Source: a virus. From it: a stretch of DNA of 64,000 bases. The DNA lies in the IMG/VR virus record IMGVR_UViG_3300028840_002190. One strand, written 5' to 3'. Below the pieces are notes generated by a model that was not told where the DNA came from, made no database searches, and saw nothing but the letters and a program-made list of their open reading frames with translations. Each line of letters begins with the position of its first letter. Positions within the stretch are counted from its first letter, which is position 1. The position numbers and the translations under genes were made by a program. This document shows positions 37,124 to 45,288 of the stretch, piece after piece.

Positions 37124-37906
37124 TCAAGAGACCTCTACAATCCAAGGAGAATATGTCTTGTTTCTCTGGAAGTAGTAGCCGTGCTGGTTACAGACGAAAC
37201 GCGTTTCGAAGTACGTAACGTCCACGCGAGGACCGTGGTCATGCCCGTAGACCCACAGCTCAGGCTCGTACCGGTCTATGATCCTGGAGAGATCGGATTC
37301 GAAGGCTGCACGCGTGAGCGTCTTCAAGAACTTCGGAGGGTGTAGCTGTTTAAGAGGGGCGCAGTGGGTCACTACGACCGTGGGTCGGCGCTTGTTTCGT
37401 GTAGCCAGTGCCTCCTCGAGCCACTCACGACAACGCATATGCTCTCGCGTCCAGACGAAGGGAGTCATCGGTCCATAATCCCCGCGAACCTTTATGGCGG
37501 GTGCTCTCTCCTTCGAATCGATTTTGAAGTCCGTAATGGCCGTCTGAACAGCCAAGGCATCAAGAGGGTTGCTGATGTCCGACCAGAGAGTCGTACCTAG
37601 AAACTGAACACGCGAGATTGTTTGCATGTCCTTTTCTAGGAGGTAGACCGCAGGGAACTCGGCGACGACTTTTCGGTATTCGTCCAGTGCGTCCGGGAAG
37701 TACCTGCCGTAGTACTCGTGGTTTCCCAAGACGTAGACGATGGGAATGTGCTTCTGCTTGAGGATCCTACGAAAGACTTTACGCAGACTGGCAGGCTTCT
37801 TGTGGATGTCGCCCGCCAAAACCAGCACTTCAGCGTCAGGATGGACTTCGATCTTCGTCTTCGAGTGGAGCTCCAGATGGAAGTCCGAGGCGATTTGAAT
37901 TTTCAT
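37124..37906 (-). CDS. calcineurin-like metallophosphoesterase
   Basis: SDFH, AGDI, GNHE, THCAP, GHDH. Confidence 0.9.
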   Translation of the reverse strand: MKIQIASDFHLELHSKTKIEVHPDAEVLVLAGDIHKKPASLRKVFRRILKQKHIPIVYVLGNHEYYGRYFPDALDEYRKVVAEFPAVYLLEKDMQTISRVQFLGTTLWSDISNPLDALAVQTAITDFKIDSKERAPAIKVRGDYGPMTPFVWTREHMRCREWLEEALATRNKRRPTVVVTHCAPLKQLHPPKFLKTLTRAAFESDLSRIIDRYEPELWVYGHDHGPRVDVTYFETRFVCNQHGYYFQRNKTYSPWIVEVS

Positions 37907-37930
37907 CTTCGAGCTCCTTTGTTTTGAGAT

Positions 37931-38251
37931 TTACCTCGTAAAGTCCAGCTTGGTCTGGCGCGGGTCGTCTGGTATCGGAGGCCCAAGGTCTTCTTCCTGA
38001 GTCTCTGGAGTCCGGAAATCCAGCTCCTCTGGGATCGTCCAGAGTCGAGGCAGCTTCTCTACTTCAGTTACGCTGTCAATGTCGGGGTGGTCGCTCGCGA
38101 AGTCGTCTAGGTCCCAACCCGAGTACGCCTCTACTATGTCTGTTATGTCAGGAGCTACGTTGTCTCTAGCTGAATCCTTGGTGTCTGCGTACACGTAGAC
38201 TTCAGCTACTTCCACCGCCGTGCGTGATACTTTAACTTTGAACATCGGCAT
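37931..38251 (-). CDS. hypothetical acidic protein
   Basis: GGAGG RBS. Confidence 0.55.
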   Translation of the reverse strand: MPMFKVKVSRTAVEVAEVYVYADTKDSARDNVAPDITDIVEAYSGWDLDDFASDHPDIDSVTEVEKLPRLWTIPEELDFRTPETQEEDLGPPIPDDPRQTKLDFTR

Positions 38252-38540
38252 CGCCGTCACCTCCCCTTGCTGCACGGGCTTTCTTTAGACGCTCCGCCAT
38301 GGCTGCTCGTTGCTCTTCCGAAATTTCTCGTTTGGTGTCCTCCTTGAGAACCGCGCCTTTGGCACGCGGATTATACCTCGACCAGTCGAAGTCAGGCTCT
38401 AATTTACGGTACGGCATCCAGCGGTAGAGAGAGCAGCTAGGAACCTCACAATCAACCTTGCCATCTTCGTACTGTCCGCAGCACTCGTGGCATTTTTTGA
38501 GCATAGCTTCACTGCGTCCTGGTCCTTTAGACTTGGCCAT
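38232..38540 (-). CDS. Zn-binding conserved phage protein
   Basis: KKCHECCG...DCEVPSCSLYRWMPY. Confidence 0.65.
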   Translation of the reverse strand: MAKSKGPGRSEAMLKKCHECCGQYEDGKVDCEVPSCSLYRWMPYRKLEPDFDWSRYNPRAKGAVLKEDTKREISEEQRAAMAERLKKARAARGGDGDADVQS

Positions 38541-38568
38541 GAGGTCACTCCTGTGGGTTTGTAAAAGT

Positions 38569-38890
38569 CCTCGTCTTTCCGAGGCGTCACCGGTTCCGTC
38601 CCTTGTCTGATAATGCTGTTCGCTCCTCCCACGGGCCCACCAAGACTGGGCCTTCTACTCTTGGCCTCAGCCTTCTAGGGAGGGTCAGTCACCGGAAACC
38701 ATCTCTCAAGCACTCTCACACTACTGTGATGGGAAGTATCCCACCCGTGGTTCTTGCCAGGGTATTGACTAAGCCTACATTCGTCCACTCGTCCGTAGGC
38801 TTAAGAGATACGCTGGCTTGAACCTGGGGTGGGTTCTTGCCGACTGCTAGTGACATAATTAGCCACTATGAGAACGTAACGTTCTCTGTC
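38569..38890 (-). ncRNA. candidate structured ncRNA (~320 nt)
   Basis: ORF-free, multiple helices, 3' CCTC-GGAAAGAC-GAGG hairpin shared with 45740. Confidence 0.5.
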
Positions 38891-38919
38891 TCGAGATGTA
38901 GTAGACACTAGTGTGGGAT

Positions 38920-39489
38920 CTAGACTTCTGGGTACTCGTACTCGACGAAGCAAAGCGCGACGTAGACCAGGCCGTACGCAGCGTCAACGATAATGTCCCG
39001 AGTGTAGTAGGTCACATCAACGATATCGAAAGTCCTCGGGTCTCCCTTGTACCGTCTTTCGACGATACCTTCGAGGTCCTTCTTGAGAATGGCCTTAGCT
39101 TTCTCTTTCGAACCGTGACCTTCGTACTCGGCGGCGAAACCCCCGAGGTGCTCGCGATTACCGTCATCGTCCACGACGTAAACTTGGCACGTACCGATAC
39201 CGGCACAGAGGTGCTCCCCCTCGACACCCTCCATCTGAGCTTTGATAGTTTCGAGCACTGCACCATGGTGGACCAACCCGAGCTTCTTAGCTTGCTCGAG
39301 CTTGATCTCCTTGGCTTCCGGCGGAAGAACGCTGGTGTACGTCATCACGTTGAAGTTTTCGATGCCGCCATCCAGGAGGGCCATATCATATGCGGAAGTC
39401 TCGTAGTGGTCAGAGCCCGTCTCAGCACTGGACTGCCCCGCACCGGAGGTTACGAAGTAGAGTGTAGGAATTCGACATTTGGTTCTCAT
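38920..39489 (-). CDS. pdaD: pyruvoyl-dependent arginine decarboxylase
   Basis: SAYDMALLDGGIENFNVMTYT-SVLPP self-cleavage region. Confidence 0.8.
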   Translation of the reverse strand: MRTKCRIPTLYFVTSGAGQSSAETGSDHYETSAYDMALLDGGIENFNVMTYTSVLPPEAKEIKLEQAKKLGLVHHGAVLETIKAQMEGVEGEHLCAGIGTCQVYVVDDDGNREHLGGFAAEYEGHGSKEKAKAILKKDLEGIVERRYKGDPRTFDIVDVTYYTRDIIVDAAYGLVYVALCFVEYEYPEV

Positions 39490-39794
39490 CTGTGTTTTCT
39501 CCCCTTCAGACGTTTCGTATTGATGTTGTTAGCTACCGGAATCATACGATCTCGCGCCACAGGATTGGCGGTGTGTACCCCTATAAAAGGCGCATAGTTG
39601 ACGTACTCGTGCGCACGCCGTTCGATGCGATAGAGGATGTCGTACCCAGTCTTGGTTCCTCCAAGATCGTGATCAAGACTGATAACATCAAAGTCCCAGT
39701 CGTTCTGCTCGAGGAGCTTCATCGCAGATTTGTAACTTTTGGCCCAGATCCAACCGTCGGGAGCGGGACGTACGTCGTCTACCCAGAGTTTCAT
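39486..39794 (-). CDS. cyclic-phosphate processing receiver-domain protein
   Basis: KLWVDDVRPAP..W...ISLDHDLG..TGYDIL...HTANP. Confidence 0.8.
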   Translation of the reverse strand: MKLWVDDVRPAPDGWIWAKSYKSAMKLLEQNDWDFDVISLDHDLGGTKTGYDILYRIERRAHEYVNYAPFIGVHTANPVARDRMIPVANNINTKRLKGRKHR

Positions 39795-40675
39795 CGCTTC
39801 TTTTTCTTACCTCGTTTAATCGGCTTCTTGGTGCCAGGGTCGGTTTTGAAGCTCATATCGAAGAAGCCCTTCTCGTCGCGCATGTCCTCGTCGGAGATTT
39901 CCAGGGTGTCAGGCTCACCGACACCCAGGACCCCCCCGATATATTGGGAGATCTCCTGGTAGACCTCGTAAGGATCTGCAACTTTCATGTAACCGACTTT
40001 ACGTAACGCATCGTTGACGTGGAGGGCCAGACATCCACGACCGTAGGGACCGTCCATCCTTCTCAATGTTATGATGGGAGACTTGAAGTGTTGGAAGAGC
40101 CGTGAGTCGTCTCTAGGCAGTCGCTTGTTGAAGAATGCCTCGAACTCTTCTCGATGCAGTTCGTAGATGTCACCGTCTTTTCTGTGTTTACGTTTCCGCT
40201 GTTCCTTCTTGGAAAGTTTAGCGTAATACAGTGTCCTGAGGCGCTTAGGGAACTTGTCTACGATTTTGTCAGCTTGTTGGACGTTGTACGCGAAATCCAC
40301 AGTGGCGTCGAAGTCGTCTAATGAACAGCTGTACCGTGCTTTATTCCCGTATCGGAACCGCAGGCAGGGGCGGATCTTGCCACACACTCCCACCACGAGG
40401 ATATTGACCGAAAAATGGAAAGAGTCTTCTCTTCCTTCGAGTTCAGCACGCCAACAGTTTTCCTGAGGTTCCCAGAAGAGGTCCATCCCGGGAGTCTCGA
40501 CGTCAACTTCCCCGTGGAGTTCTCCCTGGGCGGTTAAGTCGGTGTAGATTTTTCGAAGGGTGTCTCCCTCGTTGACGCCGTAGCGTGTAACCTTACGGAG
40601 ATACACGAGAGACAGATCGACACCGTGTGCTTGAACTGAGTCGTAGTAATCACGAAACTTCGAAATGATTCTCAT
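39791..40675 (-). CDS. conserved phage hypothetical protein
   Basis: MRIISKFRDYYD...AYQEISQYIGG...KGF pattern. Confidence 0.7.
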   Translation of the reverse strand: MRIISKFRDYYDSVQAHGVDLSLVYLRKVTRYGVNEGDTLRKIYTDLTAQGELHGEVDVETPGMDLFWEPQENCWRAELEGREDSFHFSVNILVVGVCGKIRPCLRFRYGNKARYSCSLDDFDATVDFAYNVQQADKIVDKFPKRLRTLYYAKLSKKEQRKRKHRKDGDIYELHREEFEAFFNKRLPRDDSRLFQHFKSPIITLRRMDGPYGRGCLALHVNDALRKVGYMKVADPYEVYQEISQYIGGVLGVGEPDTLEISDEDMRDEKGFFDMSFKTDPGTKKPIKRGKKKKR

Positions 40676-40690
40676 GTCGTTTTCCTTTCG

Positions 40691-40762
40691 AGGCCCGCGT
40701 TGGGATCGAACCAACGACCTGGTGGTTAACAGCCACCTGCTCTACCGCTGAGCTAGCGAGCC
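40691..40762 (-). tRNA. tRNA-Asn(GUU)
   Basis: GGTGG-CTGTTAA-CCACC; cloverleaf. Confidence 0.92.
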
Positions 40763-40852
40763 AACGCGCGAGTGCTGCCAATGGAGAGTCCTAAACAGTT
40801 GTTTTTGGTTACGGCAGCACCCGCGCAACATCCAAGTTTACATAGTAAAGCC

Positions 40853-41206
40853 TTAGGAGGCGACCTTCAAATCCTTCTCGGACACTCCCCTAATGTAGTC
40901 CTTGGCGCTGTCGATCCAGGACTGGATGTACAGCTCCTCACCGTCGAACCTCTTGGCGATCTTGGCGATCTCCTTGAAGTTGGGGGGACACTCGGTGTGT
41001 CTCTCGATGGCCTCGTACGGGACTCTACGCAGAAGCCCGTAGGCAAGTAGGTTGTCTCTTGCGGCCCAGCGCACAGTAGTAGTGCGATGGTGATTGAGAC
41101 GCCACTTGGCCATCCCGTTTACCTTCCGGGCTTCTTCCCGGATGGTGCGTGCTTCGTCTGCGAGGTTTTTGATTTTGACCCGAAGGTGGATTATTCGTTC
41201 GTTCAT
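40853..41206 (-). CDS. conserved phage hypothetical protein
   Basis: LRVKIKNLADEARTIR...LAYGLLRRVPYEAIE. Confidence 0.7.
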   Translation of the reverse strand: MNERIIHLRVKIKNLADEARTIREEARKVNGMAKWRLNHHRTTTVRWAARDNLLAYGLLRRVPYEAIERHTECPPNFKEIAKIAKRFDGEELYIQSWIDSAKDYIRGVSEKDLKVAS

Positions 41207-41334
41207 CGTCTTTCTCCTTGTTGGTGTTGTCTCCACGGGAACAGAGAAAGACGTGAAGGGGGGCCTCTAGCGGTTTTGTATTCAGGTGAATCTCATGTGC
41301 TTATCCTATTCATGGTTGCAGAGGATGTCAACTG

Positions 41335-41407
41335 CGCCCCCACCAGGACTCGAACCTGGAACGGCGTGGATTGAAAGCCAGCTACTCTGCCATTGAGTTA
41401 TAGGGGC
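41335..41407 (-). tRNA. aberrant tRNA-Glu-like (UUC) with distorted anticodon arm
   Basis: acceptor, D and T arms canonical; anticodon stem pairs only with an 8-nt loop plus a bulge. Confidence 0.6.
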
Positions 41408-42390
41408 TATGTGTTACAGATTCGGAATGTTGTGCTCGAGGTACGAGGGGATTATCTCATGACAGTTGCCACACGCTAAGACCTTTTCCTGCGTATGCTT
41501 CTGGATGTGCCACCATGGTGCGAGAATCGAGGACCCACACACCATGCACTTTCCAGGATTTTTGTACTTCACCTTCCTCTCTTCCCAGTGGTAAGTGGGT
41601 GTGATCCCTCTGGACCAATGCCAAAGCCCTTCGCTGATGGAAAAAACGTAAGCAAGGTACTCGTAAGTGTGTAGCGCGTAATGAGGGTCTTCGACAATCT
41701 CGATCTCTTCTATCGAGTTCTCTGCGTTACGTGTCCAGTTAGCAGTACCTCGTATAGCCGCCGTAGGGATGTACTTTCCACCTTTACCCGGCAATAGCCG
41801 CACCGCGTGTTTGAGGTGCATTAGTGGACTCGTCTCATTTTCTCTAAGCGGAGCACGGCTCCCTCGAAAATCTCCTACAAGACGTACGGCGTCTATCATT
41901 CCGTAGTCGTTTTGTCCGTCACGACGACTCAGGTGTGCAAAACAGTTACCCGGTAACTGGTTACGTCTCACGTAACAGACGAGATTGTTGTACGCCCGGG
42001 CAACGCGTAGTGTAGGGCGGAACTTATCCACAACTACTGCGCAGTTTCCGTGTTCTAACGCGTTGATGAGGTCTTTGTGTGTCAGGATATTGAGTCCTGC
42101 CAGGATCATCCCGTCAGCCCTGTTAGTCTCACGTATAAACTTAATAATTTCGTCCATGAAGTTTGCACGGTAACGCGTTACGTTTACGATCTTGGCGTAC
42201 GTACGTTTTTGCGGGAGTGACGGAGCTCCCCGCGTACCCGCGTAGGTGGCGAGGTCACTGTTAAAATTTTGGTCAGGTGCTGGACGACTGCTGGGAGTTG
42301 CCTCATACGTTTTCATTTCTAGACCTTTCTCTTGTGTCTCTAGACGCACTTTTAAGGATGTGCGCGTGTAACCTATTGAGTTATAGGGGC
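41392..42390. repeat. 16-bp direct repeat ATTGAGTTATAGGGGC at 41392-41407 and 42375-42390
   Basis: exact match; equals the first 16 nt of the tRNA-Glu-like gene; flanks the PLD ORF. Confidence 0.9.
41414..42316 (-). CDS. PLD-superfamily (Nuc-like) nuclease with C-terminal zinc finger
   Basis: LMHLKHAV...IRGTANWTRNAENSIE (HxK and GxxN motifs); CMVC...CGNC. Confidence 0.7.
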   Translation of the reverse strand: MKTYEATPSSRPAPDQNFNSDLATYAGTRGAPSLPQKRTYAKIVNVTRYRANFMDEIIKFIRETNRADGMILAGLNILTHKDLINALEHGNCAVVVDKFRPTLRVARAYNNLVCYVRRNQLPGNCFAHLSRRDGQNDYGMIDAVRLVGDFRGSRAPLRENETSPLMHLKHAVRLLPGKGGKYIPTAAIRGTANWTRNAENSIEEIEIVEDPHYALHTYEYLAYVFSISEGLWHWSRGITPTYHWEERKVKYKNPGKCMVCGSSILAPWWHIQKHTQEKVLACGNCHEIIPSYLEHNIPNL

Positions 42391-42720
42391 GTTTCCGAAG
42401 GTGTGCTACTACGCCAAAGACCTGTCTTCTACCCGGCGGCTATCTCCCGCTGTTCTACGCGTCGCCTACCGCCGAAAACACCGCGCAGAACACCAGCTGT
42501 AGCACGGCTGGAACACGCCCCCTGGACCTCAGACGTTTACCTTGCTCAAGGGCTCAATCTATTCGGATCCAGAGAGGGAGTACACTTGCAGCCTCAGGTC
42601 CAGTTTTTATTCGGCTAGTAACAAGCCGCCAACTAGCTGCCGGGCCTACGTGCCTCTGCGAAGATGGCGGGCCACTCTTTAAAGGATGGCTGCCTCTAAG
42701 CCAACCTCCCGCCAGAAACG
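42391..42720 (-). ncRNA. ncRNA containing a split 23S rRNA H43/H44 (L11-binding) mimic
   Basis: GGGAGGTTGGCTTAGAGGCAGCCATCCTTTAAAGAGT (42710-42674) plus GCGTAGTAGCACACC (42414-42400); ends paired. Confidence 0.75.
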
Positions 42721-42723
42721 CTG

Positions 42724-42797
42724 TCGGGGCGATAGGATTCGAACCTACGGCATCCAGCTCCCAAAGCTGGCGCGCTACCAGACTGCGCCACACCCCG
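42724..42797 (-). tRNA. tRNA-Pro(UGG)
   Basis: CCAGC-TTTGGGA-GCTGG. Confidence 0.95.
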
Positions 42798-42882
42798 TAA
42801 AAAAGAGCAGTGAGACGGAGTGGGGATGTGGGGGGAACATCCGGGGATTTCCATCTCACTGCTCAAGAGAATGATACTGCGA

Positions 42883-43269
42883 TTAGGTGCCGAAGAGAAG
42901 GGACGATGCTCGACGCGTAGCGTCTTGTAGCCATTCCTGAAGTTTTTCAGCTGCTTCCAAGTCGATACCTTCGTCCTTAGCCATCTTGGCAACCTCTTCC
43001 TGGATCTCTGCAACCTTGAGGAGGTTCTCTGCGTAGGTTCCATCCTGATCCTTCTCTAGCGGAGTAACCATGAAGTCCGGAACGACGGTAGGCGCATCTT
43101 GGTCCCTTCGGAGCATCCAAAGCTTCTCAGGATCGAGGGATATGGTTATACCCCGGTAGTGTACTTGATCTGTGTGCGTCTCCCTCACGGGGAACCTGAC
43201 AGAGATGCGGCACTGTCGTCCCGAGCTCGGGATGATGTTGATGATAGGTTCCCCTATGATGTACGCCAT
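42883..43269 (-). CDS. hypothetical protein
   Basis: GGAGG RBS right after the tRNA-Gln CCA. Confidence 0.6.
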   Translation of the reverse strand: MAYIIGEPIINIIPSSGRQCRISVRFPVRETHTDQVHYRGITISLDPEKLWMLRRDQDAPTVVPDFMVTPLEKDQDGTYAENLLKVAEIQEEVAKMAKDEGIDLEAAEKLQEWLQDATRRASSLLFGT

Positions 43270-43278
43270 GGTTCCTCC

Positions 43279-43354
43279 TGGATGGGGCAGAGGGACTCGA
43301 ACCCCCAACACTCGGCACCAAAAGCCGATGATCTACCAGTTGATCTATGCCCCA
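43279..43354 (-). tRNA. tRNA-Gln(UUG)
   Basis: TCGGC-TTTTGGT-GCCGA; encoded CCA. Confidence 0.93.
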
Positions 43355-43732
43355 AGAAAAAAAGGGGACAGGCGCCCCAGAGCTTGGATAGTCGGATATC
43401 GGGTAATCGCAGCCGCGCTTCTTCCAGCTTCATAACTTCCACTGAAAGCTAGATCGCGGCGTTTCGGTTGTTCGTGCAGTCGGTACAGTCGGACGTTCGG
43501 AGTTCGGCTGTTCACACAGTCGGAGTTCCTGGTCCATGAGACACGCCGTGTGAGGGCGCGTACCGTGTGGGGTGAGGCTTAAAAGGCCAATCCACATGGG
43601 CTGTACTTCATCTTTTTTCAAATGATGATATCGATCCGCAACGATGTCACCGGCGACACCTACGGCTTAGGGTGCCGTGCAAACCCTTGCTCTGCGCTAC
43701 GCCTGTCCTATGTAGTACGCTCTAGGAGCGTT

Positions 43733-44371
43733 CTACACCGAGAAGTTGTCGAGAACCGTCTTGGACACCTCGACCTGGGTGTCCCAGTTGGTCTTCTGGA
43801 TGCACGCGTCCACCTCCCGCAGCTTGCGCTGCAGCGTGTCGACGACCTGGAAGGGCTTGAGCTCCGAGGGAGCCTTGCGCTTGACCTTGGTCACCAGGTC
43901 CCCCAGACCGTCGGCGATGGGGACGCGCTCGGAGATCTCCTGGAAGAGCTCCTCCGCCGAGACGCGGAAGTTGTGGGGGGCCGGGGCGCGGCGGATGCGA
44001 TCCTCGAGCTCCTTGCGCCGGACGAGCAGCTCGGCCAGCTTGACGGTGGCGGGTCCCGTGGACGCGACCTCCTCGTCCGACATCAGGTCGTGGGTGACCT
44101 CGACGTCCGTGACCCAGTTGGCCTGCTGCACGACGCTGTCCGCGAGGCGCCGCTGGTGCGCGTAGTAGTTGGTCTCCTTCTCCAGGAGGCCCTTGTCCAC
44201 CAGGCTGACGTGACCGACCACCTGGTCGATCTCGTCGTTGACCTTGCGCCGCTGGACGCTGTCACGGGTGATACCCGCCTCCTGCGCTCCCAAGCGTCCG
44301 CTGAAGAGGGCGTTGAGCTCCTTACGACGCAGGAGCAGCTCAGCCAAGGCGATTTTCTTCTTGTCGGTCAT
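43733..44371 (-). CDS. tandem two-repeat DIP1984-like protein
   Basis: two copies of LAELL.RRKEL...D..(V/I)Q..NW.T.VEV; GC3-rich; GGTACAAG at 44431-44438. Confidence 0.65.
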   Translation of the reverse strand: MTDKKKIALAELLLRRKELNALFSGRLGAQEAGITRDSVQRRKVNDEIDQVVGHVSLVDKGLLEKETNYYAHQRRLADSVVQQANWVTDVEVTHDLMSDEEVASTGPATVKLAELLVRRKELEDRIRRAPAPHNFRVSAEELFQEISERVPIADGLGDLVTKVKRKAPSELKPFQVVDTLQRKLREVDACIQKTNWDTQVEVSKTVLDNFSV

Positions 44372-44453
44372 GATCCGTACCTCCTTCGTAGTTCTGAGAC
44401 GCGAAAGCGTCCGATAGGGGAAAGTACGGACTTGTACCTCCTTTGAGACTTGT

Positions 44454-44466
44454 TTTTCAAAGAGCA
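44454..44466 (-). promoter_or_regulatory. rrn-type boxA-like motif TGCTCTTTGAAAA
   Basis: matches the rRNA antitermination boxA pattern; second copy at 45568-45580. Confidence 0.55.
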
Positions 44467-44599
44467 CTCTGTAGGAAGCAAGGCTCCCATTACACCTTAT
44501 TACAGACTATTGCGCGCCCACCTGTGGTCTGAACATGAGTACCACATGCCCGTCAGACCCTACCGTGCAGGTACTTGGTCTAGTCTCGCGCACCGATAG

Positions 44600-44673
44600 T
44601 GACCCCGGCGGGGCTCGAACCCGCAATCTTCGGCGTGAAAGGCCGATGTCCTAAACCATTAGACGACGGGGCC
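44600..44673 (-). tRNA. tRNA-Glu(UUC)
   Basis: TCGGC-CTTTCAC-GCCGA. Confidence 0.95.
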
Positions 44674-44902
44674 AAAATAAGGAGAAGGCTGCCCGGGACT
44701 TCGTGAAGTAACCAGACCGAAGACATCGACCATCCGGACCTTCTCCTGACTACGTTAACAAAGGGGGAGTACTTATAGCCTGCGCCCTCCCCAGGCGCAT
44801 GCGTCTTTTGCTTCTCGGACTCAACGCAACTTGTCCCGGTATTGTACCTTATTTTGTATAGCGACAAAGAAGCCCATCGCTTTTTCACAGCTGCCAACTG
44901 TG

Positions 44903-45288
44903 TGGTGGAGCCGCCGGGAGTCGAACCCGGGTCCGCCTACGGGTCATGTACTGATCTTCACGTGTGTGGTCTCCCTTTTCGTTTCAGACGGTGACTTCCG
45001 AGAGACGAGTCATCACGGTCTTACTGCGCTTTCGTTTACCCGGCGTCATCGCGCAGAACTCAGCCTGGGTTTGCCCGTGTAATTACGCCCCCTGGGTTAC
45101 TCGAGCTCCTCACTCAGGGCACGCCCGCGCCGTTTAAGCGGCCACGGCGAGCGGACTCGCCATGGGGGTCGGGAAGGGAACTACGTTGTCGGCAGTTCGA
45201 GTTGAGTGTCCTTTTTAACCCGCCGAACACACAAGGCGGAACACGCACAGTACACTTCCATCGCACACGTCGAAACCGTGTCGGCCCC
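44903..45288 (-). ncRNA. ssrA: tmRNA; tag ADNVVPFPTPMASPLAVAA*
   Basis: 5' GGGGCCGACACGGTTTCGAC; 3' GGTTCGACTCCCGGCGGCTCCACCA; tag ORF 45193-45134. Confidence 0.95.

Noticed and set aside
42391-42720. Genuine 23S rRNA gene or host contamination
   Set aside because: Only H43/H44 match; flanks are phage tRNAs, and the two halves are joined by a coherent non-rRNA structured insert. Read-level confirmation is still advisable
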